Assembly (NCBI GenBank): GCA_002633005.1
Contig: NMRA01000044.1
Span: forward strand, 1,224,283-1,288,282
Direction: 5' to 3'
DNA: 64,000 bases
DNA from: Phoronis australis
Lineage: Eukaryota > Animalia > Phoronida
Position 1 is the first letter of the stretch. Every line of letters begins with the position of its first letter. The notes beneath the pieces were generated by a model. The model worked only from the letters and a program-made list of their open reading frames with translations, ran no database searches and was not told the origin of the DNA. Below are positions 53,800 to 64,000 of this stretch, in pieces. Position numbers and translations under genes: made by a program.

Positions 53800-53912
53800 A
53801 CACAACCCCCTCCCCGACCTCCACCCCCCGCTTGGCGCCACGCGCCTCGGATTCGACCTTTGCGGCGTGAATCCTAAACCCCCCCTTTACTGAAAACGTA
53901 GATCCGCCACTG
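53800..53912 (+). mobile_element. Right end/TIR of a CAGTGGCGGATC-type hAT element, probably the one carrying the decayed transposase
   Basis: Ends ...gtagatccgccactg (reverse complement CAGTGGCGGATCTAC) after C-rich subterminal sequence; lies downstream of the transposase and an AATAAA near 53337. Confidence 0.6.
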
Positions 53913-54068
53913 TCCCCAAGACACTACATATAATACTATAAGGTATGACACTCCCGACCAGAAATTCCACGGGTGCTTCACTTCAGCCGTCCATATCAAA
54001 CACAAAACTCAATAAATTTACACAAAACAGGGTTTCAGCAAGCCATTAGTAATTGTTCTTTCTTGTAG

Positions 54069-54174
54069 GCCTAATACCATTCACAGTGTCCTGTTCTGGC
54101 GACTTCGTAAGAAATTCGCAGTCAAAGAACAAAAATGTTCACAAAAAGCCTAATTGAGTTTCTTTCTGATTTTA
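54069..54174 (+). other. Putative 5'-UTR exon of ATM
   Basis: Strong acceptor ttgttctttcttgtag ending 54068 and consensus donor GTAAGT at 54175, about 200 nt before candidate acceptors at 54355/54380. No transcript evidence. Confidence 0.45.
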
Positions 54175-54384
54175 GTAAGTAGCTACAGTAAAGCTTGCAT
54201 ATGTTGGACATACACAAGTCGTATTTTTCCTTAACCTCGACAAAATAATGCAGTACAGTTGTTCTAATTCATCGTGCACTTGCTTCTGACAAGTGTGGAT
54301 TTCACCTTACTCAGTTGAAATCTCTGCCCCGTTGGGTCTGACTTTTACTGTGCAGAATTTTACGATTCTTTGTTCCAAAGGTCG

Positions 54385-54444
54385 ATGAGGCAGGGAATGC
54401 AGCAGATGGCGTGTCACTGAATGGCTGAGACCACTGCTAAGTAA
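54385..54444 (+). promoter_or_regulatory. Two abutting uORFs (MRQGMQQMACH*, MAETTAK*) ending in a TAATG overlap with the ATM start
   Basis: ATG54385..TGA54420, immediately followed by ATG54421..TAA54444; the last A of TAA is the A of the ATM ATG. Confidence 0.6.
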
Positions 54445-54503
54445 TGGACGACCTTCTTATTGCTTGCAATACCCTGAAGTCTGAGAAGGCAACAGAGAGA
54501 AAG
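54444..54503 (+). CDS. ATM: ATM kinase, first coding exon (TAN motif)
   Basis: ATG at 54444 (GTAATGG) with in-frame stops just upstream (54426, 54438). Translates MDDLLIACNTLKSEKATERK, matching human ATM N-terminus (NDLLICCRQLEHDRATERK). Donor GTAAC at 54504, phase 0, same position as the human intron after K24. Confidence 0.93.
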
Positions 54504-55092
54504 GTAACAGACTTCCTCTGCCATCGATTGGCTGATTCCACTAATGGGTGACTAATGGTGCAAGTAAAGTATGAATCATCTTTCTATCGTCTGAATAGGC
54601 AAAGAACTAGAAACTATTGAATGGTGCTGGGGTATTTTTAGACACGTTACCTGCCTGTAAGGAGGTATTTACAGGCAGGTCTGTATTGATACTTACGACC
54701 GTATGGAAAGGCACGCCGATGCGGGTTATTGTCGCGTACAAGTTTGCCTAAATTTTGCAAGTAAAATTAGATAGTTGTGGTGCCAAAATGAACCAATTGA
54801 AAATAAGTAACAAATGCTCTCAAACACACAAAAAAGTTGATGAAAGAAGTTGGCAGTATGTTCGGAAATATGTTCCACACACACACACACAAATCTTGTT
54901 TCCTGTGCCATTTTATCATATGCTTTGCTGAAAAGTCAATTTGCAAATTTCAAAAATTTCAAGCATATTCCCTGTCGGCAAATCTCACTCCCTGTTACAA
55001 AGTTTCAGAGCTATGCTGAGCTCAACATGTTAACCATTTACAGTATTTTCAGCTTATGCCTCTCACAAGATGAAATGACTCTTTCATTTTAG

Positions 55093-55218
55093 AAAGCCGC
55101 TGAAAACTTGCTGAATCAATTAAAGAGATGTGCCATTGTTGGGCAGCTTGATGAGAATACAGATGCTCGATTGAAGGATCCTTCAGCTAAGGTATTCTGC
55201 TGGTATGGAGTGTTTAAG
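55093..55218 (+). CDS. ATM: ATM coding exon 2
   Basis: Acceptor ctttcattttag, donor GTGAGT at 55219. KAAENLLNQLKRCAIVGQLDENTDARLKDPSAKVFCWYGVFK aligns to human KEVEKF...HLDRHSD...LNWDAVFR. Confidence 0.9.
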
Positions 55219-56402
55219 GTGAGTTTACCTGAAATTCTGTACCGTAAATTTACCCCTTTTGAGTTCTCATGTCGTTAGATGAAGCTGTGTCTGTATTCAA
55301 ATAAAGGAGCATTACGTGCTTGTCAGGCTTAAAGCCTGCATTCGGTAAAAAGCCCACCCCTGAATCAAGTTATGCACATTTTCAATTTTAAATGCTGGAT
55401 TACAGGTCCAAGTTTTGCATTTGTGTCTGTTGTCCGCGTTTGTGTAAACACTCTGCCGAGAAATTCAATATGAAAACCCACTCATTTCGTTTAGCTGTGA
55501 CTATTTTCAGGTAATATTTTGTTTGGTACACGTGAAGTTTCTGGCTGACATCTATGCAACCGTCTGCATGGTAAACAGCCACCTGACCTCTTAAAAGTCT
55601 CTTTTTATAAGCCCATACTTGACTTACTATCCTCAAGCCTTAAATTGTGAATTCTCAATATCAAAGTCCTAGCCAAAAACCTCACATGAAAATGTATTGC
55701 TAAATATTGAGGTCTTCAAGATTACCAATCTTACTTCCTCGTGTTCCGCGCAGGCGTTCTCATTTACAGCATCCCTTTCTCATTAAAGCAAGATGTTTTT
55801 TCTCCTCAACCTCAAATCAGTTCTTTCTAACTCGACTTAATAGGAACAAATTTGACAATGTTGGTTGGTAATTTGCCACTTAGCCTGTAGATGCTGACCA
55901 CATGTTTCTAATGTAAGGTTTTATAAGGCCTAATCATCAAGTCTGTAGTGTAATTTGTCTTCAAAACTATAGATTGTAACTCGTAGAATTCTTGACTTTT
56001 TACAAGTCTGCCAATTAATTGGGTCACGTGATCATTTCTTTTTTAGTAATATTTAGCCAAAAAGTTAAATTGGAATTAATAACATGACCAAATTTCATTT
56101 GTTGTAAAGTTTCAAGATGAAATGCCGAAAGTTCTCGTACAGTTATCAAATTATCATTTCGTTTCTATCTTATCCAACTTTTTTTCCTGAAAATCACTGA
56201 AGTCCAGTTTTTAGAAAGTCCCTCATTCAAAAGGGGAACATTTCAAAAACAAGTCCCGTCGACCTTTGGGAGAAAACTGCTTAAGGCGTGGCATCCGAAA
56301 GTTTGATATGAATCCAAAGTTAGCCAAGTTTGGATATTTTTCCTGACAGTTGCTGGATTCAGTGAGCCTGTGACTGCACCCTTGGTATCTTGTTCTATCC
56401 AG

Positions 56403-56538
56403 AGAGCTTTTGCTTATTTCTCCATCGAGTGTGACTCTCTTGAGAAGGCCACCAGCAAGAGTGCTCTAGCAAACCGGGAGAATAGACGCAAAGATATTGT
56501 CCATGTCATCAAGGAAGTGGTGCGGACCACGGAGCAAA
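56403..56538 (+). CDS. ATM: ATM coding exon 3
   Basis: Acceptor tgttctatccag, donor GTAGGT at 56539 (phase 1). RAFAYFSIECDSLEKATSKSALANRENRRKDIVHVIKEVVRTTEQ aligns to human FLQKYIQKETECL...[23 protein letters not shown]. Confidence 0.9.
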
Positions 56539-57123
56539 GTAGGTTCTTTAGGATTGTATAGTTATGGTAATATCTCGACAATATTGGACAAAGATGTATT
56601 CAATTAAAAGGATATTGTGTTTTTTTGCTGCTGAGAATGCACTAATGGGATCATTGTTGGATGGGATAGACTTGTTGAAGGAATTAGCTTTGGCCAGAGC
56701 TATAAAACAACATATGCTTTGTTTTTAAGATCTTATTACAAATCACTAAAGTCTTTTTATTGTCTGCCAGACATTCGGTGAAATCAGGGGCGGTGTCGTT
56801 CACATTTAAATACGATGGAAATATGATCATTTCCCCACCTGTTACATTCAGACCCTAATCATACTTGATGAACATTCTACAAACAAGGACTGATATCCAG
56901 TCATGTCGACTGAGGGAGAGCGATATTGCCCGGGGACAGTGGCAACAACCATCACAGTATTGTCTGTGGGAATTGAAGATGAAACATCGCTATCCAGTGC
57001 TTAATGAAGATTCAAAGCCTGTATGTCAACACCAGTACTGTACGGTCATCTTTGAATACAGGAGTGCTGTTTGTGTTTGTGATTGTTTCATAATTGTATT
57101 TATCACATTGTAATTGTTTACAG

Positions 57124-57288
57124 ATGGTCATCGACTGTGTGTCCCCGAGGTACTCAAGGCGTTTTTGTCAGTCCTACAGACACCGTTCCAGTGTGAGCAG
57201 TTTGGGAATGACTTCAGCACGATGCTTTTGAAGAACATTCTGACCTCCAGGGTTCACTGGTCGCAAATTAGTGCAACTCAGTGGAGGA
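57124..57288 (+). CDS. ATM: ATM coding exon 4
   Basis: Acceptor tttacag, donor GTAAGT at 57289. 165 nt, the same length as the orthologous human exon. GHRLCVPEVL...FGNDFSTMLLKNILTSRVHWSQISATQWR vs human APRLKCQELL...[29 protein letters not shown]. Confidence 0.95.
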
Positions 57289-58473
57289 GTAAGTGTATTT
57301 TCTGCGAATTTACTTAGCTGCACTTGATGAGCACAGGTAAAAATATTTGTGAGAATGGTATTGGGGGATTTGGTCATTCTTAGAATGTAATGCCAAGCCA
57401 GTCAATTGTGACAAGTGCCCACAAAGGAAATTTGCGAATACTTAACTAGCTTGGTAACTGAGTATCGTGCGCAGAATTTTGAAGTATTTTTCATACAACT
57501 GGCGTGCTCTCCGATAAGATGCCATGTGGAAGCTATTCAAGTCATCTCACACAGGAAGCGATTCCATATACAACTCTTTAGCATTGCAAGAGCACAAAAA
57601 CATAATTCAGTTGACCCAGTTTCTAATTCTGCTGTTTATGGCTAAGGAAATGCCATTTTATTCATTGATATTGTGAGACCTACTTGTGTGGATCACTTGT
57701 CAATTTTTCTTTGTATGACATGGCATGATGGCCACAGCGAACTTAAAAAAATGTTGAAATATATCTCACTGCATTAAATCCATACAAGAATGCACATGGC
57801 TGTCCACCAAGTACCCTATCACCCTCTAACTGCAGGCTGTTTTTAATCATATGTTTACTTTTAGATGAAGGAAATATATAACATTACAGCACCCAACCAA
57901 AATATGGTGACATTTCCGGTAGTCAGTGTGTTATTTCACCTAGTGAGGGTTTGTTTTGTTTACGTGGTTTGCAGTGTAGCCACCAGGTGTATCCTCTTTT
58001 CATAGTGTGTCTTGTGTGCCCCTTATATTTCACTGAGCTTTTGTCTTTGACCCATTGTTATGGATATGTATTCAGATTGATCATGGGTGTGGTGCAGTTT
58101 TATGGTATGGATGTTAGGTTTGGGCATCCACAGGGCTTCACATTCTGCAAGTTGAAATTTTGTTATTTTGTTTTCTCTTACACTGTGTAAAGTTAACTAG
58201 AATTTGGTCAGTGAGATGCTTATTCTGTTTAGTCTGTCATTGACTTAACTGGCAGTGCTACTACTGTTTATAGGATTTGCTGTTTAGTTAGTGTGGAATG
58301 TTACTTTGTATGCAGTGTCAGTTTGGTAGATTTTGATATCTTGTTTATTGTTGTGTGTTTTTTTTTTCAGTAAACCACAGTGACACTGAACTAAGGTGTT
58401 TTCTTTAATCCAGTTTGCCCGGCCTGTGGTGTCGTCACAAGCGTATGACCAATATCTCTGTTTTTCATTACAG

Positions 58474-58642
58474 CCATATTGAAGACATTCAAGAAGCACA
58501 TGACTCTTGACCCGCCTGTGATCAATGTTGACACGTCCTCACGTGTCTTTCACGCTGCTGTTCAGGGTGCAACATATCAGACTGACATACGAGAGGCAGC
58601 TCTGCTGCCGTTCTTCTACCAATACTTCAGCAAGGATGTCAG
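58474..58642 (+). CDS. ATM: ATM coding exon 5
   Basis: Acceptor tttttcattacag, donor GTGATT at 58643, phases 1/2 keep the frame. ...SRVFHAAVQGATYQTDIREAALLPFF... vs human [26 protein letters not shown]. Confidence 0.92.
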
Positions 58643-59957
58643 GTGATTATCAGACGTCAAAGTCTTTCAAATAGGGCATGTTTCGATGGCATATTTAGCT
58701 CTCTCAAACCTCAACTCAAGAGTGATGAGCGATGTAAACAGTCTATCATTTACTACAATTTGTGTATCTCCGTATTGGTATATTATCTGTTTCCTATACG
58801 CTCAGGGCCCAGGGCTTATCATTTTTGGATTGTAGCTTGACAATCAGGCACGTAGTGATTGAAATTTCTGTTTGTTTTTATTCAGACTTTGCTGATACTC
58901 CTCACCCCAAGATACACAAACTGTTCATGTAGTATGACTTATGGACATGCGAGGTCAATAGCACATCTGACCCAATTTTGAATCAGGTCTTTTGAATTGA
59001 GTTCCGAGTTGGGACTAAAATGGAAAACAGAAGTGAATTGTAACATGGAGTTTGGAACTCACTTGAGTGAAACGAGGAGCCTGCCCATGAATTTAGTCTG
59101 CGAGATGCGACCTTTAGCCCCACGAAACACCATGCTGATGAACTTCTTTCTACTTTTAATCTAAAAAGAGGGTCTTTCTTCTTCGTTATTCTTTCAGTGA
59201 CTATCAAGTTGCCGATTATGGGCTTTTCAGACTACTAGCTGTTGTAAGCATTAATCAACAATGTTGTGGTATTGTTAATACAGTATGGGATGGTCTATAA
59301 AATTTAGGATACCGAAATTTAATCTGAAATGAAATTTTCTTGATTCTGAAGATTGTAACAGGAGTGATTTTGGCATTGATCATATTTCTTTTTCGGACTG
59401 CATTTTGTATCAATAGAGTCAGCAAATAGACTTGGCAGTTCTTAAAATCATTAAAATTGGCCTGGCCAACTAACTTAACGCTTTTTCACATGTCCCGATT
59501 GTGCGTAACATGGAAGTGAAAGATCGTTTTCGTAATTGTTAGGAAGGCCATTAATGCCCATTTCTAAAATTTGGTACAAGCCTCGACCTGGAGCAAAACT
59601 GGTGAATTTCTACTTGTACCACTTGTTTTTTAACTGAACTACTCCAAGTCCAACAACGACGAGCAATTTTGCCACAAAATGGGGGCTAACATGGTATAGT
59701 GAATCGCGGGTAACTTTCTGTAGACCTACTTCTTGGGTGAAAAGTGAGATTATGGAGAGACCACACAGTCATTCTAGTGAAAGGTGAGCATTGCGCTCAA
59801 TACCTTACAAGCGTAATCCAGCAAAATGGTGGCCGGTGATTGATTGATGTGGTTGAAATGCTGAATTATGGCATTGAATTTACTGTTTCCATGCAGTAAG
59901 CGAAGATTTTCTCTTTAAGTGCGTTTCTAGCAGAACGAGGCTTGCTTTCCGTTTCAG

Positions 59958-60129
59958 GAGTAGTCGACACTCTCTGGTGGTGCTTGAGTACATTCTATCG
60001 TCCCTCATCACCTTGTGCCAAGCCGTCGCCTCTAACGCCAGACACCAAGTTTGTAAGTTGGGAGAGAGCGATGCAGTCTTTGTCTCACTGATGTACTACT
60101 GGGGCTCAAGGGGAAGTGAGTCAGTCAAG
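59958..60129 (+). CDS. ATM: ATM coding exon 6 (gene continues beyond the window)
   Basis: Acceptor tttccgtttcag, donor GTAGGC at 60130. LEYILSSLITLCQAVASNARHQVCKLGESDAVFVSLMYYWGSRGSESVK vs human [48 protein letters not shown]. The next expected exon (EVIIE...HHPKG-like) was not found before 64000. Confidence 0.93.
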
Positions 60130-63100
60130 GTAGGCCTCCACCAAGGGCATGTTCAGGAATGCTAGTTGCCTGTGAGATGTCGAAAGAAGTCTTGGTCTAG
60201 ACAATGCAACTAGTGGTTTTTACAACGGATTTTCCACGTGATGCAAAATTGTAGGGTAGGCATCCAGTCGGGATCAGTGGTGGCCATGTTGCTAATTTGG
60301 AGTACTTGTGGTAAGTTGCCAGCTTGTGAAACTCCAACAAGATTTCATGTTGAGCTGATGTGACCTTTGTGATCATGATAATCTCACAACTTACTAGCAT
60401 TACTGAACTCGTCCTAAATTTCACAACCCAGCTTCAACTGATTGAAGACATTGACTACGTGTGCAATCACCGCTATGGAGAAAATATGTCGCACTGGACA
60501 CGTGAAATGCCCTTCAGTTATTAACAGCCGTAGTTTGAATGGGCTGACAATAGATGTACCAGATTTCTGCCAAACATTTGCCTTCCTAAACGCCATCCAC
60601 TGTTGTAAGATTCAATGCTGGTGCTTGTGTAAAAGGGAAAGTCAAATTACGCTAGACGTAGGCGTCATGTCAAAGAAATCCTTGACAGGTCTGATCCTTG
60701 AGAAACTGCTTCGAAAGTATGCTGTTAATGGTGAAGAGATGTTTATAGTCCAGCAGCCAGTTGTGGGTACCTAGAAATGTGTGGTGATGTGAAGGGTTTT
60801 TTGTTTCATGTCTAGGTACCACTCCTGAAGCATTTAGCTGGGTTGTAATCATGACATCCTTGAACATTTCATTAAATATTCAAATTGAGGCCATGAGGCA
60901 AAATTGTACTTTTGCTTAGTAACTTCTTTATCAAGTGCTGCAAGTAGATTGTTTTGATGTTTTCACCCATGTTTCTGTGGTCATTGAATTTAATAGAGCT
61001 ATTTTAGAGGTGGATGCGTCAAGAATTTGTATAGATTATGCAAAATAAGGCACCCATGATTGAAAATTTTACTTGTGCTTATTGCTACTGGTATCAAGAA
61101 TCACAGGCTTTTTCATATTTGCATGCGGGTTTCTTGTTACGAAATGAAACCAGTTGATAGGTTGTTGCTTGATAAATTTGCATGATTTATGCAGTGAATG
61201 GCCACCATTATTTAAAATTCTGTTTCTGCTCATGATAACTTCCTTTCAAGTGCTTCATGCAGATTTTTGATATTTTGTGGTCAGTGAATTTGACAAAATC
61301 GGTAAGCACCTTAAATTTGCATAATTTATGTAAATTGAGACCACCAAGAGTAGTTTGGCTCATCATCTTGGTTGTAAGACTCTGGTTGGTTTGATTAAGT
61401 TCAAGAGACTTGCATTACTACACCATCTGAAACAAGATCTGAAATTATTTTCAGAAGTGTGCTGGTAGTATGGAGTCACTGAGTTCATACACCTGGTTAA
61501 TATTCAAATCTTCACTCCTGAGTACCGTACAGCTACAGGATCAAGCTTAACAAACTTGAAAGATCTCTTTGAAAATTTTCAAAGCTAACAACTGAACATA
61601 ATTATTCAAATAGCAATGCCTTCTGTTGACATACATGTTTTCATTTCTCATGTGTCTTCGCAACACGTGTGACTAGACTGCTGTGCATCAGCCCCAACTC
61701 TCATAAAACGGTCATAACCACGGCTAGTTTCAGTGTCACAAGCATATTTTAACTTTGTAAACTTAAAGAAAACCCAAGATTAAAGTTTCTCATGAGTTTA
61801 AAACAAAGAATTCGAACCCTTGCAATTTTTGTGATATTGTCCGTCAGCAGGTGGCAAATCAGAGAGTGACCCTGTAACGCATGTACCACATTCTCATCTC
61901 ACAGGGATTGTCTTAAACTTGTCTTTTGCATGTTGTGATCTTGAGATCGAAACACACATCTCCCTCAAGATTAAAACTGTTTTGTCTCGTTTTCCCTTGG
62001 CATCTTTCTATCATATGTACACATCGTTGACACAATATGATGGTGAGTCAGTGAATGAAAGGGGTGGGGATGCATAAAGAGCTGCTCTGTGCCTGGTCGG
62101 AGATTCGATTTGAGTGACAGCTCAGTAACCGTTGACTTCAGACAAGTAGTAAACAAATTTCTAGCCGGTTGTGCAGTTTAAAGGTGGTTCTGCTAATTTT
62201 TTTTTCTCACTATACAGTATATATTTCGCATTTGAAGTTCCCTGAGAATGAAGATAAGATATTTTGCTAGACATATATTACAAATCAATGACTAACGATA
62301 AACATCTAGTTAATAACTAAAGCTGATCTAACATTTGTACAGCTACACGTTGAAGATAACAAATATAACAACATATAAATTTAAGGTGATTTCTGCTAAG
62401 CAATTGAGTTCTGTCCTCGGGTCCATGTGGCATGAAGTTATGGCTGGAAAGTAAAAAAAAAATTGTGATTTTTAAAGTGTCCTACATTTTCAGAGGTAGT
62501 GAATTGTTTGACCCGAGAATTGTGATACTTCTGAGCTATTTCTAGCACATTACAATGTACACAACTTTGTCAGCAACATCATATAAATTGTAACCAAGTT
62601 CAACGCAATAATACACGCACCAATGCAAGGAATATAATAAGCTAGATGTATTGTGGCTACTTGTTGTGGGCACCAGAAGCAAAAAAAAAAACAGTTCAAA
62701 TTTGAGGCCTCTTATTTATTCTATGGTCAAGCTCTTAGGGATTGAACATTTTCAACACCATGGTTAACATGGAAACTTTCAGGTTAACTGATTAAACACC
62801 CCGGCTTAAGAGTGCCATGCCCTCCGCTTAACATGTTACATCATGACAAGCCAACTCGTACAGCTTGGTTTCCAGCAATAGCAAACTGCCAGTTCCTTGG
62901 AAGCCCTACATCTGCAATGATTGTCCAGCTACTTACTGCGTATGCTGCTGACACTATGCCATTTGTCCCAGTGCTTTCAACTTCTTGATTCAAATCTTTG
63001 CAGAACTGGCAGCTATAATACAAGATGCATCTTTTATTGTGTGGCTAATTCAATGGTTAAGTTTCAGTTTATATAACAAAAATAAAAATTCAGTTCCCTT

Positions 63101-63396
63101 TGAATCAGACATGCACACATAGGTGACATGAGAATTATAAGACACAATTTATGATAAAAACAAGTTATTAAAGCAAGTGGAACATGTTTGGTCAAAACTT
63201 GGTCAACTTATGGTTTAGAAACCAGATGCATAATTATTTCTGGTATGGATCCCAACTCATTTTGAAATCTGTCTTTTTAACGTGGCCATATGACCCACCG
63301 TCCTACAAAAACCAACTTTTGATTCCACGAAATAAATTTACTGTAATGCTTTAGACTAATACACGTGCAATCTCACGACTTGGAAAGTATTGAGAA

Positions 63397-64000
63397 TTTA
63401 TTTATTTTTTTAACATTTATTGCAACAATAATAACAACACAGTACAAACAGAAATCCCCAATGACACATCACATACACACATTTTACTAAACACTCAATT
63501 TTACAAACCAAAAACACTAAATAAATGAACTTTTCTCATCTGTACTACTTTTTAAGCACCCACATATTTATATGTGGATGCATTATGTCAGAAAAATATC
63601 ATATACAGGTATATCATGAGTACTTTGTTCGAATGTTCATCAACATTTGCCAGAGATGTGGGTTGAGACACTTTTGCACTTGAAAACGATCTTTTGAAAG
63701 TTAATTTCAAGCATTTTTTCACTCCGCTAATGAGCAAAAAGGGGTTTAAAACCAAATTGGTCTACAAAACAGTTGTATGACAAAATTTTTTTGTTTTCGT
63801 CAAATAAATCATCTAAGAATCTCACACCCTTTTCATTTGAAGTAGGGTAAAATATTGGTTTTCCTCCAATTTGAACCTTAATATGCCATAAAGGAAGGGA
63901 CAATATCCTGTCATCTTCTTTGACCTCTAATATCGAACCAAATTCAAATGTTGAAACAAACACATCCTTCCAAAAAGGATTCCCTGTGGACTGGGCTAAC
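63397..64000 (-). mobile_element. 3' portion of an L1/Tx1-clade LINE (ORF2 C-terminal remnant, 3' UTR, A-rich tail), antisense in an ATM intron
   Basis: Minus-strand frame GNPFWKDVF...ILSLPLWHIKVQIGGKPIFY...KGVRFLDDLFDENKKILSY...F shows the post-RT motifs typical of Tx1/L1 ORF2 (NPFW, PLW, KG...DL). GT-rich 3' UTR, AATAAA at 63421-63416, A-rich tail to ~63397. Confidence 0.8.

Noticed and set aside
15104-61860. Scattered CTCF-like motifs (~15105, ~19367, ~23224, ~61845) and many CACGTG E-boxes
   Set aside because: Partial matches at roughly chance frequency; many E-boxes are carried by one MITE family.
62841-63023. Possible nested minus-strand exon in the ATM intron (tag acceptor, gtaagt donor)
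   Set aside because: Single short candidate with no recognisable product or companion exons.

Overview
AT-rich, intron-containing animal genomic DNA from a gapped draft assembly; the repeat content suggests a marine invertebrate, but the species cannot be determined from sequence. The only host gene I can support is the 5' part of ATM (ataxia-telangiectasia mutated kinase) on the + strand: six coding exons between 54444 and 60129, 276 codons, starting with the TAN motif, with the gene continuing beyond the window. The preceding ~54 kb has no recognisable host gene. It is a patchwork of non-autonomous DNA transposons (MITEs and foldbacks), a solo LTR, a tRNA-derived SINE, a decayed intron-containing hAT transposase, microsatellites, assembly gaps and a probable haplotype duplication. 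An L1/Tx1 LINE fragment lies antisense in the last ATM intron. The most interesting signals are: a solo LTR built like an hsp70 promoter (HSE array plus TATA); a chain of abutting uORFs ending on the ATM start codon; a candidate 1-nt intron slide in ATM; a long hairpin with symmetric tandem G.A mismatches; a cluster of four ROR/REV-ERB elements; and two MITE families with 5-bp target site duplications. All calls were made by eye with no database searches, and comparisons to human ATM rely on my recollection of its sequence and exon structure.
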